DNA of 64,000 nucleotides from Octopus vulgaris (GCA_951406725.2 OX597822.1:111724001-111788000); one strand, 5' to 3'. Positions 26,429 to 42,064 are shown, counted from the first letter of the stretch. Notes: a model not told the origin generated them from the letters alone. Program-made: numbers and translations.

Positions 26429-28099
26429 TCTATCGTTCCACCACTGCTTATATCTCTCTGAGATATTTAGAAATTTCTATTTCTATTTTTTTTATATATT
26501 CATTGTAAAATCAAAATTGACAAAAATTACTACTAAATCATGGACATCGGAGGTTCTTACTGAGAAACGTTAATACATAGTGGCAAGTACTGACTAAATT
26601 ATTGAATCAATGTTACCGAAGTAAAAGTATCCCCGATTGAATTATTGGGGGAAAATACTACTGTGAATGAAAAGCAGGAATGCACTAAAGCTACAGACAA
26701 ACCTCAAACTTGCTTCCCAAGAATATACAGATTGTAAACAAATATTTTCTTTTATGAAATCTATTCACACTTAGAGGAACATAACCTACTCCCTAACAAA
26801 AAAATCGAACGCAGGAAAAATTAAAGAACGATAAAAACTAAATATTGCTAAAATGATGAAATTAAGAATGTGTAAGAAAAGTAAGGGCTTGAGGAGCAAC
26901 TACCAACAGGCATGTGACATCTTGTATTTTAAAACTCTCTGTATATTTAAAATTGCAAATAACGTCTCCAAACCAATAACTGTAAACATGGGAGGTTGAG
27001 AAACGGAACCAACTGCAGGAAGGCATCCATTAAATAAAAAAAACTGAAAATAGATAAAAATAACTTCAATGTAGTAGACAATCCCCTCTAATCTGATTCA
27101 TTGATTTTGTCCCATTTTCTGCAGTATTAAGATACGTAAAAGCTGGATATAATTTCATAAGCAACAAGGGGATTATTAAGCCTAAACTTCATGGAAGACC
27201 CAAAGCTATACAACATGACTTATAGATAAATAGAAATCATTGTAAATGCTGTAAAAGGTTTTAGCAATGTCATGATGGTATTTTGTATTTCTAAACGTTA
27301 ATAACTGAAGCAAAGCTTCTATAAACATGCGGGATTGAATTTACTGAATGGGGCGAAGATGCAGCGCATTGATGCACAAATGGATATAAATACAGGAGTT
27401 TTGGAAGCTCATTGTATAAAAACGAAATAAGAAGAGGTAATGTCAGGAACAAATATTTCCAAACGAGAAGGAAATACTAAAATTCAAAAATAGTTTTAAA
27501 AATACTTAAAATTACTTAAACTCAGAAGCCGTATTCCATTAGGGCACATCGAGGGCTTAAGCAAATGGATTTAAAGACCTGCTTTAGAACGTTGACAAAA
27601 CATCAAGAAATTGCTGACAATGTACATAATCTTATTCTGGATAGATTGTAATGCAATAGAAATGTCGTATAAAAATAAGATAAAAGTATAGAAGATTCCT
27701 TTTGAAATCTGTTGAGGACATTATGAGAACGAACGGAAACGGAAAAAGTAAAAATCTCAGAGAGAGAAGCCAATGATCGGAACTGAAACAGATGATGAAA
27801 AGTTGTTTCCAAAGTTCCGAAGGGCGTAATAGACAGAATTCATTTCAATGGCGAAATAAGTGAGTGTTTAAGAAAGAAAACGAACGATTGATTCAAACTG
27901 TGCAGTATCAAGTAAGATATGTTACAACAGGAAAACATCGATAAGGAAGTAATCTTAACTGAATGTAGAATGCGCAATGAAAGAGAAGATAGTTTTGTCT
28001 ACAGTATTTTCATTTAAATAGACCTCTCAGAGTGTCAGAGTGTATACAAATTATGCATATGATAACGTTATTACAACCATACACTGGCAACTCTAGAAA

Positions 28100-28280
28100 A
28101 AATAATTGCAAAACCATATTAACAGAGAAGAAACAATCTGGAAAATGACCCTTCAAAAGTATTGTGGGATATTAAAGTACAACAGTATAGTCAGACAGAA
28201 CATTCAACCAGGATATTCTCTAAACTAGCCTATAGAGGGGAAAATACGTGTTGCTTAATCGATAATGCGGGTCGGATTCA
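28100..28280 (+). pseudogene. Decayed R4/Dong-type LINE fragment (RLE region)
   Basis: KVLWDIKVQ...DI...CLID motif remnants with frameshifts, matching the 33222-33688 protein. Confidence 0.5.
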
Positions 28281-28444
28281 TACATGAGTATAGCGAGTCC
28301 TTCTTTATCCAGAAAGCCTATTTTCCTAATGTAAGAAGAACAATAAGAAAGGTGTCAGACAACAAAATCTGCCGGGTACAACTTGGTATCCAGCAACAAT
28401 GATCCGCTGTTATCCTTAGTAACCAAAATAACAATGATGGTCAC

Positions 28445-28535
28445 TCACGTCCTTTCAGGTACGGAGCAGAAGCGTGGTCTATCTACTATAGACACATAAA
28501 GAAACTTGAAACATTTCACTTGCTCTGTTTGTGCA
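28445..28535 (+). pseudogene. RTE-type LINE ORF fragment
   Basis: Translates YGAEAWSIYYRHIKKLETFHLLCL, the post-RT YG.E.W motif of RTE elements. Confidence 0.6.
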
Positions 28536-29639
28536 ATATGAAAGGTTTTAAAACAAAATAGATTAAAAATAAAAGAAGCTGCATCTATTTATGATTGATA
28601 TGTCAATGGAATTTTATTCCAGGTATGAATTTTGCTATAAAGTCACAATTAACATTTTGATTTTGTGCGGGATTGGACAAATGTTCTTATTCATTGCAGG
28701 ATTTGATTCCTTTATGCTTCAACTCACATTCTGTTAGATGCATCGCGACACACTTTACACCATACAGATCGATATAGGCAAAATCTTCCCAAGATGTTAA
28801 ATTAAGCTGTTAAGATTTTAGCGATTGTTTGAAATTATGCTTATAATTATGGATGAGTCTTCCATAGCCGTGAAATCCCTCTACTTGTTGGACATACAAA
28901 AGAATTTTCGGAATGCAATCATCTTGCAGTCGAACATGTTTTGCTCATCGTAAACTCAGTTCTATACAGCATGATTTCGATACTAGACATACGACATTTT
29001 TTTAAATTTTGGCATTTGATAACTTATCTTCCAGTTTTAGGTTGCAGATATTGCACAAACAGAACATGAGAAATGTATCAAATTTCTTTATATGTCTGTA
29101 GTAGGTAGTGCTCAAGCACAAGTTTTGTACACACATAGTTTAGATTTCAACCTGACACGTCCCACTACGATGGGCAAACTTTCCAAAAGCAATTGTAGCC
29201 TTAAATAATCCAACATTAATTTAGTCAACAAGTGTCCTCTAAAAGTTCACTCATGGGTTTTCTTTCATCAAAATTTTAGACAACCCTTATTCATGGACAA
29301 CTTGAACAGGATAGACTTCCCGACCAACAGAAAATTCTAACTGGGTTCCATCTGCAATCTCATGCGGTGATTATTTTAATATCAGATCATGTTATACACG
29401 TAGGGTTGCGATGCATGTGCCTGTGTAAACTTTACAGACTGTTAGTCAAGATGGTTATGCTGTGCTTTGTATATTTGTATACCAAGGTCACTATGATGGC
29501 ATGCGCTACTCTTTCATCCAAGAATGATAATAATAAGTATGATGATGGCTAGGGAACTCCTTACATGACAAATACTAGGATAAGCTAAACAGGAAAGACA
29601 TAGAGAGAATAAGTCACAACAGTGTATGAAGATTTTTTT

Positions 29640-30260
29640 TTAATTTCGCACAAAATAGCAACCCAATCAGAAACCACCAAAGATACGTGAAGACAAATAA
29701 TAAAGAAACTGTAGAATATGTACTGATAGAGAAGAAACAATAAATTATATTCTCTGTGGTTGCCAAGTGCTGGTCTAGAAGGAATAGATCCACATACAGG
29801 ACAAACTTATATATACTGGAATTTGTGCCAACACTACTGAATGACAACTGGAAGAAAATGGCGTAAATGTACTCAGAAAAGCAACCCTACTGTGAGATGT
29901 TCTAATACACATACATAGGGAGTTCAAAGTTAATTGTCCAGATATTGCTATCAGGAATTACCAAGAGAAAAATTACTTCTAATCGACATATTATTCTCAA
30001 CAAGTGACAATGCATTTCAAGAAAAAAAAATGGAGAAAATTCTTGAAATGCAACGAACTAGAAACAGGGATAGCTGAATACAGGGCCTGAAGAAAGAAGT
30101 AAGCCCTTTAATAATATGTGGATTATGCATGGTTAACAGCATACAGATAAAGAAGCATACATAGCCCAAACAACAGGACTTACGAACATATAATGCATAT
30201 AAAAAATAGCATTATTAGGCACTGCACATCTCCTACATAAATCATTTACAATACAGTAAA
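29640..30260 (+). pseudogene. Decayed R4/Dong-type LINE 3' region (zinc knuckle plus RLE)
   Basis: Remnants CRIC...ETINYILCGC, YIYWNLCQHY, PDIAIR...LID and ALLGTAHLLHKS with stops and frameshifts. Confidence 0.65.
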
Positions 30261-30790
30261 AGTAACAATACTAAAATAAATCACAACACATGCCCGTGGT
30301 ACACATTATGCATTCAGTACAGCATTGAAGGCACATAATAAAATTAAAAATACTAGACAACAACAACAACAATAATGATAAGAGTTCCGGGCTAAATAAC
30401 AACATAAACGTGCACTAAGAATCTTTATCCACAAAACGAATTTAATCCAACAATATCGGTGAAACGGAAAGAAAACTTCTCGATAAATCTGCTGGAAAAT
30501 TTCTTTTAAAGCAAAATAAATGAAATCCGAAAGACCATTGTTATAGAAATCATAGTATATTTTATGCACGATATCTCATTGTGACATGTGCAGAAAACCA
30601 AAGCCAACTTCATAAACTCTGGGGGGAAATCCACTAAATACGCAGTAACTACGTATATTAATTAATCAAATATATATCCAATACTCTATGCATATATGTA
30701 CACATTAATATTTATAAACAAAATGAGGCGGCGAGATGGCATCATCGCCTCCGTACCAGAGAAAATGCTTAATGCTATTTATTTCGACAA

Positions 30791-31795
30791 AAGGCGGCGA
30801 GCTGGCAGAAACGTTAGCACGCCGGATGAAATGCTTAGCGGTATTTCGTCTGCCGTTATGTTCTGAGTTCAAATTCCGCCGAGGTCGACTTTGCCTTTCA
30901 TCCTTTCGGGGTCGATTAAATCAGTACCAGTTACGCACTGGAGTCAATGTAATCGACTTAATACCTATGTCTGTCCTTGTTTGTCCCCTCTGTGTTTAGC
31001 CCCTTGTGGGTAATAAAGAAATAGGTATTTCTTTCGACATAGGTGGTAAGCTGGCAGAAACATTAGCACGCCGGGCGAAATGATTAGCGGTATTTTGTCT
31101 GCCGTTACGTTCTGAGTTCAAATTCCGCCGAGGTCGACTTTGCCTTTCATCATTTCGGGGTCGATAAATTAAGTACCAGTTACGCACTGGGGTCGATATA
31201 ATCGACTTAATCCGTTTATCTGTCCTTGTTTGTCCTCTCCGTGTTTAGCCACTTGTGGGTAGTAAAGAAATAGGTATTTCGTCTGCCGTTACGTTCTGAG
31301 TTCAAATTCCGCCGAGGTCGACTTTGCCTTTCATCATTTCGGGGTCGATAAATTAAGTACCAGTTACGCACTGGGATCGATATAATCGACTTAATCCGTT
31401 TGTCTGTCCTTGTTTGTCCCTTCTGTTTAGCCACTTGTGGGTAGTAAAGAAATAGTTATTTTGTCTGCCGTTACGTTCTGAGTTCAAATTCCGCCGGTGT
31501 CGACTTTGCCTTTCTCATTTCGGGGTCGATAAATTAAGTACCAGTTACGCACTGGGATCGATATAATCGACTTAATCCGTTTGTCTGTCCTTGTTTGTCC
31601 CTTCTGTTTAGCCACTTGTGGGTAGTAAAGAAATAGTTATTTTGTCTGCCGTTACGTTCTGAGTTCAAATTCCGCCGGTGTCGACTTTGCCTTTCGGGGT
31701 CAATTAAATAAGTACCAGTTACGACTTAATCCGTTTGTCTGTTCATGTTCGTCCCCTCTGTGTTTAGCCCCTTGTGGGTAGTAAAGAAATAGGTA
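30791..31795 (+). mobile_element. SINE family A array (2 headed copies plus 3 extra tandem bodies)
   Basis: Bodies restart at ~31275, 31457 and 31638 (period ~181). Confidence 0.9.
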
Positions 31796-32089
31796 GTTCT
31801 CTCGACAATACGTTCTGAATTTAAGTTCCACCTCAATCGACTTTGACTTTCATCAATTTGGGGCGATAAAATAAATACCAGTTGTAATCGACATTCCTCG
31901 TCCCTAGAATTTCCTGGCCTTCTGCCAAAATTTGAACCCAATATTTATAAATAACATATTGCCGTAATGTAGCGAGGTGGCAGAGTCGTTACCACGTCGG
32001 ACAAAACACTTCGCGGTTTTCTTCTGGATTTCTTCGCGGATTTCTTCTGTCTTTATATTCTAAATTCAAACGCCATCGTAGTCGGCTTT

Positions 32090-33938
<1,849 letters not shown>

Positions 33939-34149
33939 TAACGAAGATGATGATGATGGTAGAAATAAGAATTAATATTGTTGGTATAGTTTTTATCTAT
34001 AACATAAGAGGGATCAGCCATCTGAATGTGGCTAGGGTCAGGGCGAGGTGGTGGGGGTGTTACATCTATATTTTATAATTATTAAATTGTAAAGCAAAAA
34101 GAGCAGTATCATCATTACCATCATCATCGTCGACATCATCATAATCATC

Positions 34150-34519
34150 TTCATTAATAGTAGTAACTGCAGTAATAGTAGTAGTGCTAGTTGTAATAGT
34201 CGTAGTAGTAGTTGTAGCTACAACACCATCATTAGTAGCAGTGGTGCTATTGGTTGTGGTGGTGGTGGTAGTAGTAGTAGTTGTAGTAGTAGTAGTAGTA
34301 GTAGTAGTGATGGTGGTGGTGGTGGTAGTAGTAGTAGTAGTAATGGTGGTGGTGGTGGTGGTAGTAGTAGTAGTTGTTGTAGTAGTAGTAGTAGTAGTAG
34401 TGATGGTGCTGGTGGTGGTAGTAGTAGTAGTGGTGGTGGTGATGGTAGTTGTAGTAGTAGTAGTAGTTGTTGTTGTAGTAGTAGTAGTTGTTGTTGTAGT
34501 AGTAGTAGTAGTTGTTGTT

Positions 34520-34613
<94 letters not shown>

Positions 34614-34635
34614 CAGCAGCAGCAGCAACAGCAGC
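34150..34635. repeat. (GTA/GGT/GTT)n compound trinucleotide microsatellite
   Basis: Direct repeat; source of the poly-V and poly-T pseudo-ORFs. Confidence 0.95.
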
Positions 34636-34787
34636 TGTTATTGTTACATCAATTGTGTCTCGACCATGTAATGTCCTCGCGACGCTCATTAATGTTTTAC
34701 AATCTGTGTCCTCTGTAAATGTCCAGACTTGTACCCAAATAGGAAATAAATATTAATTGTCACTTTATGACTAAATTGGTTAATGAA

Positions 34788-35165
34788 TAAAGATAAGTTT
34801 CTTTATTGGCCACACAGGGCTGCACACAGATGGGACAAGTTACAAGGTAGAGCTTTTCTTTTGGGGGATGAAGAGAACAAAAAACAAAAGAAAAAAAAAG
34901 GGGGTGGCGTAGGTTTTCGATCAAGAGGGATCGTAAAAGGGAAGAAAAGAACAAAAACAAAAAAAAATTGAATAAAATAAAAAGAATAAAAAGAAAAAAA
35001 AGGAAAGGAAGAGGAACAAAAGGAAAGAGAAATGAAAAAAGAAGAAAAAAGGGGAAAAAAAGGGGGGAAGAGGAAAAAAAAGAACGATCAATAGGGATCG
35101 TGTATCAAGTAAGGTTTATCCGTGGGAAGAAAAGCCTACGAAAAAGACCACGGTAACCTTGGTCA
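34788..35165 (-). mobile_element. 3' UTR of a LINE (probably L1/Tx1-like)
   Basis: Minus strand ends ...GCAGCCCTGTGTGGCCAATAAAGAAACTTATC with pyrimidine-rich tracts. An essentially identical 3' end lies at 49770-49850 (+) within (TATC)n. Confidence 0.6.
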
Positions 35166-35509
35166 ATATTGTTATATGTTACCACATTTGTTTGCAAGTG
35201 GGTAACCCACTGTTTTCAATTTCTGGTAATGAATAAAAATAGAGTAATACGCTATTACAGTAATAAAGTGCAAGAGAGGAAAGGAAAAAAAATTCTGCTA
35301 TAATAATTGTCCGTGTCAATTTACAATTCAAATCATTGGAGTCTTAAATAACCTTCTCCTTCGATCAACTTTCGTGCATATGTTCCGCAGTATGTTTTGT
35401 AATCGATTCAATCAATTACGCCCTCCTCACCTAGAATATTAAATTTTAAAACTGAGTTGTTTTCTTAGTGTATGCTGAATGTAGCTTTCCTAGAGTTCTA
35501 CCCATCATA

Positions 35510-35770
35510 CGGCAGGGGATGGTGGTGATCCCTGCTGTACTATTTCACCACAACTTTCTCTCACTCTTACTTCCTGTTTTTGTTGTACCTGTATTTCAAA
35601 GGGCCGGCCTTGTCACTCTCTGTGTCATGCTGAATATCCCCGAGAACTACGTTAAGGGTACACGTGTCTGTGGAGTGCTCAACCACTTACACGTTAATTT
35701 CACGAGCAGGCTGTTCCGTTGATTCGGATCAACCGGAACCCTCATCGTCGTAACCGACGGAGTGCTTCCA
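35510..35770 (+). mobile_element. SINE family B, 5'-truncated
   Basis: Matches the 3' two-thirds of 43781-44142. Confidence 0.88.
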
Positions 35771-35967
35771 TCCAATATTTGAGGATACCTCTGCATGCAT
35801 AATTAATATCAAAAATTGTGATATACATACAGTAGTCGATGTCTAATTTTTAGGAAATTAATTGTTGCTTATTCAAAATGAGGAATTGCATATAAATGTT
35901 CAAAATAAAATCAGATATTACATTGAAATTAAAGAAACTTCTCGTGTGTATCTTAGCAAAACAATAT

Positions 35968-36351
35968 GGAAGCACTCCGTCGGTTACGATGACGAGGGTT
36001 CCGGTTGATCCGATCAACGGAACAGCCTGCTCGTGAAATTAACGTGTAAGTGGCTGAGCACTCCACAGACACGTGTACCCTTAACGTAGTTCTCGGAGAT
36101 ATTCAGCGTGACACAGAGAGTGACAAGGCCGGCCCCTTGAAATACAGGCACAACAGAAACAGGAAGTAAGAGTGAGAGAAAGTTGTGGTGAAAGATTACA
36201 GCAGGGATCACCACCATCCCCTGCCGGAGCCTCGTGGAGCTTTTAGGTGTTTTCGCTCAATAAACACTTACAACGCCCGGTCTGGGAATCGAAACCGCGA
36301 TCCTACGACCGCGAGTCCGCTGCCCAAACCACTGGGCCATTGCGCCTCCAC
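35968..36351 (-). mobile_element. SINE family B, full length
   Basis: tRNA-like head with A/B boxes, 3' end GACGGAGTGCTTCC, 7-bp flanking direct repeat ACAATAT. Confidence 0.9.
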
Positions 36352-36599
36352 ACAATATATGCTATCATTGTTCTAAACATTATCAAGATGATTGCTAACT
36401 ACTCCATCGAATTACTTCCTCAGCAAAAATTCATGACAAAATATCTGTTTCTGAAATTTATAAGACTCTTTTGCTGTAACTATTAGGTTAACTTTTCTAT
36501 TCCTAACTTTCACTTTCTCTCTGCACGGTTTAAATCCAAATTGGAGGAATCAACAAACTCAGTTATTATTAGTGTTTTTCTCCACTACAATATTCAAGA

Positions 36600-36943
36600 T
36601 CACAACATACATGTACACTGCAACATAATTTCTTTTCCTCAACAGGCCCTGCCCTATTTAACATTGTCCCCAGGGAGATCAAAGAGGAAAAGGATCCCAT
36701 CAACTTTAAACAGAGTCTGGATAGATTCCTTCAAAGAATACCAGATAAGCCACCCATAATTGGATACGACTCACTACTTGAACAAAACTTGATACAACTC
36801 ACCCAACAAGAACTCACTACTTGAACAAAACTTGACTTAAACAGGATTTGAATAATCCTATCAGGTGGTGCTATTAAGTTAGACATGGCCTGGACCAATC
36901 TTTGGTCGAAACATATCTAAGTTTATCTAAGTTATCTAAGTTA
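36600..36943 (+). mobile_element. CR1/Jockey-group LINE 3' end with (TCTAAGTT) tandem tail
   Basis: Translates, with one frameshift, FSSTGPALFNIV.PREIKEEKDPINFKQSLDRFLQRIPDKP, then a 3' hairpin GACCAATCTTTGGTC and a short tandem tail. Confidence 0.7.
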
Positions 36944-37216
36944 CTATTTACTGTAATAATTTCCCTTCATTTTTTTCATTTGTCAGGAAATAGAACAGCG
37001 AGAATCAAAACAATGATGTGATATATTCGTTCTCAACGCGTTTGAAAGGAGAAGCTGCTCTCCGGAACGAAATACAGTAGCAATAAGCATACACGAACAA
37101 TTCTGTCGGAACATGCGTAGAATAATAATGTGTAACATTGATATATATTCTCTAAAAAAGCTAGTGCATGACAAAACAGGTGTATCTGTCGTGGAGATAT
37201 TTTTATGAATTCATAA

Positions 37217-37389
37217 AACTTAGATAGAACTTAGATATGTTTCGACCAAAGATTGATCCAGGTCATGTCTAACTTAATAGCACCACCTGATAGGATTATT
37301 CGAATCCTGTTTAAGTCAAGTTTTGTTCAAGTAGTGAGTTCTTGTTGGGTGAGTTGTATCCGATTATGGGTGGCTTATCTGGTATTCTA
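37217..37389 (-). mobile_element. Second, shorter copy of the same LINE 3' end in inverted orientation
   Basis: Reverse complement of ~36735-36930. Confidence 0.8.
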
Positions 37390-37797
37390 ACTTTCAAATG
37401 TATCATTCATTTACTCGAGTTAACAATACTTGAGAGTCAAACAATCCTGAATAATTGTCGTCCATTAAAAATCCAACAGGTTGTAAATGTGTTTATTTTA
37501 AAGTTGGAGCCATACCAATATTTACTCATTCCATGCTCCAACACTGCTATACATTTGCTTTTTTATTTGCTTAATAGCGATCTTTTATCATTTTTGTTAA
37601 AAGACTGAAATAAACGTATGCCTATTCAACGATACTTGGTTTTGTTAAAGAAAACAATACATGTTTCTATGCAATATATTCGGGAAACAATTGATTCTGT
37701 GTCTGTATCACTTAAAATATTTGTTTCGGCGAATTAGTTCATAGATTAATCACGAAGCGAAAATTTATATGTAATGCTAAATATTCGAAATCAGTAC

Positions 37798-37828
<31 letters not shown>

Positions 37829-37830
37829 CA

Positions 37831-38760
37831 TACGTGGTGCGTCAAGAATTTATCCTACTTTATTCTTACACGCCGAAACTACTGCCGCATCGGCAGAAGT
37901 CTTTGGATGGGAGATAACACGCTGGTGGGCTGCGTCAGTCTCCGGCTTTTATGCCTGTAGTACAGACGTGGTGCGTGCTGGTCGGATTTTCGTTTTCCCA
38001 CAAGAATACCGAATGTATCGAGCAGAGACAGTAAGTCCATGTCTCATCATCAGTGATTATGGACTTCATGAAATCTGGATCAAAATTTGCAAAGTCCAGT
38101 ATATACTGAGCTATTTCCATTCTGAGATTTTACTCGTTTCGGTTTGCGGATGACCTGCCTGAAGCTGCCTCGCCCTCAACTCGTGCAGCCATGCTTGAGG
38201 CGGTCGTGCCGCTCCTCGATATGTGTTTTTTTCTATGGCATCATCGTAAAAGGTCTGCGTAAAGGAGCTTGAATAACACCAAGCTTTTGGCAAAATTCGA
38301 TGAAATATGTCTGTCCGATGCGTTCAGTGAAAACGAAAATCCAATGCGCGGGCACTAAACGTACTCTATGTACTCTAGGCATAACAGCCAGGAACTGACG
38401 CATCGTACCGTCGCGAAAATTTTCACGCAGGCGCAGGTAAACCTATTTCTTTACTACCCACAAGGGGTTAAACATAGAGGGGACAAACAAGGACATACAA
38501 ACGGATTAAGTCGATTATATCGACCCCAGTGCATAACTGGTACTTTATTTATCGACCCCGAAAGGATGAAAGGCAAAGTCGACCTCGGCGGAATTTGAAC
38601 TCAGAACGTAACGGCAGACGAAATACGGCTCCGCATTTCGATCGGCGTGCTAACGTTTCTGCCAGCTCGCCGCCTTTACGCGCAGGTAAACCGACCATCA
38701 GATCTCCCCCAAAGACTTTTGTCCACGTGGCATTCGTTTTGCCGGGAAAATTGTTCTGAA
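37831..38760 (-). mobile_element. Internally deleted mariner (Tc1/mariner) transposon relic
   Basis: Minus-strand fragments TERIGQTYFIEFCQKLG (N-terminus) and DPDFMKSIITDDETWTY (first catalytic D motif, normally ITGDETW). Left end TACGTGGTGCGTCA abuts TA. Boundaries are approximate. Confidence 0.7.
38444..38677 (-). mobile_element. SINE family A monomer inserted in the mariner relic
   Basis: 13-bp TSD GCGCAGGTAAACC at 38431-38443 and 38680-38692. Confidence 0.92.
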
Positions 38761-39554
38761 TGTCTAAAATAAACCGCTACATAATCGTTTCCTTTCAAAA
38801 TGTTGCAAGTTCCAAAGTTCTCTAACACTTCCAACTGTAGAACATGTCTTCGGAGTTCACTCACCGCTGAAGAGATGCATAGAAAACTTTCTATATACAT
38901 TTCAATGTTTGAACAGGAACTGTCCAAACTATCAGTTTCATAATACTATCTGATTTTGATACGTTCTCGATAAAATAATGATATCACGCTTTGTGTTTAT
39001 ATGTTTAAGTCAACTGTCATCAAAATGTGATACTCGTCTCTAGCATAGTAAATTCTCTAGCAAAATCTGTAGCGAATAGATATTATGTGAATGATGGGGG
39101 AATTTTGGAATAGTCGAAAATGCTTTAGGCAGACAGTACATTCTGTCAGCAGGGATTTCATCTTGTGTGTGTGTGTGTATTATGTGTATTATTTGCATAA
39201 AGAGAGAGTGAGAGAGAGAGTGAGTGAGTGAGTGAGAGAGAGAGATATTGTCAATAACCGTTTCACAAAGAAATTGAAGAGTAATCAACTTTGGAATTTA
39301 AGACGAAATACTTTGTGTTGTTTTTAGAACGTAAACGGTGTAGCTCTTTAAAGGCATTTTTGTTTATGAAATCTCAAGTTGCAATAGTGTTTAAAGCGAA
39401 AAAGTGCTCCAGGATGGGCATAGGGCAATTACTGAAAACAACGGATAAACAAACATAAGCATCAAATTTACTGATGCGTATTACTATCATAAATTAAAAA
39501 TGTTTTTTTTTATCTTAATTTGGAGGCCGAAGTTTTCTTTTGCAACAGGAAGAA

Positions 39555-39804
39555 GGTACTAGTAGCGTAGACTGGACCCGGTTTGCGCACGCGCGCAGAC
39601 GCGCGTCCGTGCTAGCCAGACGTATGCAGTCGATTCACGATATATACTTGTATCGATATATACGATATATACAAGTATATATCGATACGAGTATATATTG
39701 TGCATGCGCCAGTCAGCTCGTAGGATCGACTGCCTACGTCTGGCTAGCGCAGACGCGCGTCTGCGCGTGTGCGCAAACCGGGAACAGTCTACGTTACTAG
39801 TACC
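39555..39804. mobile_element. CpG-rich MITE with ~85-bp TIRs, possibly Mutator-like
   Basis: Termini GGTACTAGTAGCGTAGACTG...CAGTCTACGTTACTAGTACC, flanked by 9-bp [C/G]AGGAAGAA direct repeats. Confidence 0.8.
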
Positions 39805-40136
39805 GAGGAAGAAATTAAAAGATTGTAAAAAATGTGAGGGAAGGACGAGAAATTGCTTTCTTTTTATTCTCTAGCATTACCAGCAGTAAAGTATCTGTAT
39901 AACTCCTGCTAACGCTTAGAACATAATTTCTTGTCTCCGAAAGAGTAACCACCAGTTAGAACGCAATGAAACTGAAATGGAGTTACTATAAATCGCTTGC
40001 AGGTAATCGTAGTCGGACTTTATAAATTTTAGCATTTTTTTAAGATAAGCGTGTACTGCGTATTCTGCTGGTTAAACGAACGTTATTTCCCCCGTTTTCC
40101 TTGATTCATTGCAATTAGAATTACATATCTTAAATT

Positions 40137-40545
40137 AAGGCGGCGAGCTGGCAGAATCGTTAGAGCGCCGGGCGAAATGTGTAGCCGTATTTCGTCTGCC
40201 GTTACGCTCTGAGTTCAAATTCCGCCAAGGTCGACTTTGCTTTTCATCATTTCGGGGTCGATAAATTAAATACCAGTTACGCACTGGGGTCGATGTAATC
40301 GACTTAATCCGTTTGTCTGTCCTTGTTTGTCCCTTCTCTGTTTAGCCCTTTGTGGGTAATGAAGAAATAAGTATTTCGTCTGTCGCTATGTTCTGAGTTC
40401 AAATTCCGGCGAGGTCGACTTTGCCTTTCATCCTTTCGGGGTCGATCAAATAAGTACCAGTTACGCACTGGTGTCGATGTACTCGACTTAATCCGTTTGT
40501 CTGTCCTTGTTTGTCCCTTCTCTGTTTAGCCCTTTGTGGGTAATA
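40137..40545 (+). mobile_element. SINE family A: head plus one extra tandem body
   Basis: TSD AATTACATAT[C/T]TTAAAT at ~40119-40135 and ~40564-40580. Confidence 0.9.
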
Positions 40546-42064
40546 AAAAAAAATTTTTTAATAAATTACATATTTTAAATAAAATTGCTATGAAATGTAA
40601 TTTTATATGTATTACTTTCTAAAGAATATTGTTCAAATAAGTTTCTAAGATAATTAAAATAAATTGCCAATATTCATAAAGGAAAGATTTGATGAAGACA
40701 AATATATGTTCTTTAGAAATATAGGTGTGCTACAATGTATTGAGTGGTATGTTATTTGAGGCAAGCTCCAAGCAAGTCGTGTTAGACATGTGCTATAAAT
40801 TTGTGGTTAATGCTATTCATTTTATTTGTGCATATAATGCCAGAAGTGAAGACATGTATGGCTCACATCATTATAGCTTACACCAAGAAGAATTTAATAA
40901 TGAATTTCTTCGAAACAGCATACATGCCCTCGGAGTTATAGGAGAAGGGAAAATATATTGTCTGTAACACATAAGCTGTCTCTGAGGCATTATTTCACTA
41001 GACCCAGAAACTTTTCCTTAGACACGCTGCGGTTGAAAATCTTTTATCTTTCTTCAGGGTATTCAAATTGACGTGTAAGTGAATGATATTAGTACTATAG
41101 ACATATAGACTTTTAAAAGTACTTAGCGGAAACTTACTAACCTATATTTGACAAGATTTATTACTTTTCAATTTCCGAAGAAAGAAACTGACATTATGAA
41201 GAATAGTATAAATACGGATCTAGTATTTTTCAATCACAAAATGTGCATTTTTTAAAAGACAGTAACAAAATCTGAAAATCGGCTATAATAATGTAGCCGT
41301 CCAGTCTTATTGCTTTGAAGGTATGATGTTGTGGAGCAAAAAGTTACAGAGGTTTAAATATCGGAAAAACTATATTTATTAGCTAACAGCGAGACAGAAA
41401 TTTTCTTCGTTTAGCGGGGCGGTATCAAGTTTAACATTGTGCCCTGTGAAATTTTGATTTTAGCATCTGATCAAGTTAATTGTAGTTTTCTAAATAAACA
41501 GGAATGCCTAATAAAACCAACATGTATCATTTTAATGTTTCTTTTGTCTCTTCATTGATTGTATGATTTTATTATTATTATTTTTAATCTTTAATATTAA
41601 TATATTTGTCTGTATGTGTTTACTTTATTCGTATCTCAGTATTATGATTACCTGTCATGTATTTTTGTACATCATTAATATATATGTGTGTGTGTGTGTA
41701 TGTGTGTGTGTGAAAGGGGGCGGCGTCTGTCTCAAAAACCTCCTCTAAGTTGAGTAACGTTTTCATGCTTGGATTTGTAAACTACAATAAGAATAACACT
41801 GGTGAACAAAGAATTTGTGCGAAGAAAAATAATGCCTGTATCTTAAATGTTTTCCCGAAATGTTCTTAATTAGCAACGCACCTTTTAATAGTAATGCTGA
41901 ATTACTGATTATATTTACATTAATTAATGTTGGGAGAAATCACATTAATTTGCAATAAAAATACTTTTAAAAAATGAAGGTAATACCAAATGTTTTAAGA
42001 ACTCAAATGTCGAAAAAGTCAATATTATATTGGAAGAAATACGCACACACACACACACATGAAA

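Noticed and set aside
30791-31795. Regularly spaced repeats resembling a CRISPR array
   Set aside because: Units are ~181-bp SINE bodies with no unique spacers, there are no cas genes, and the context is eukaryotic.
36870-36920. Hairpin followed by GAAAC, hammerhead-like
   Set aside because: No CUGANGA-type core upstream; better explained as the 3' stem-loop of a LINE tail.
40725-40967. 80-aa ORF and similar short unique ORFs (54832-55095, 63250-63447) as host exons
   Set aside because: No recognisable domain and no consistent splice-site chain linking them.
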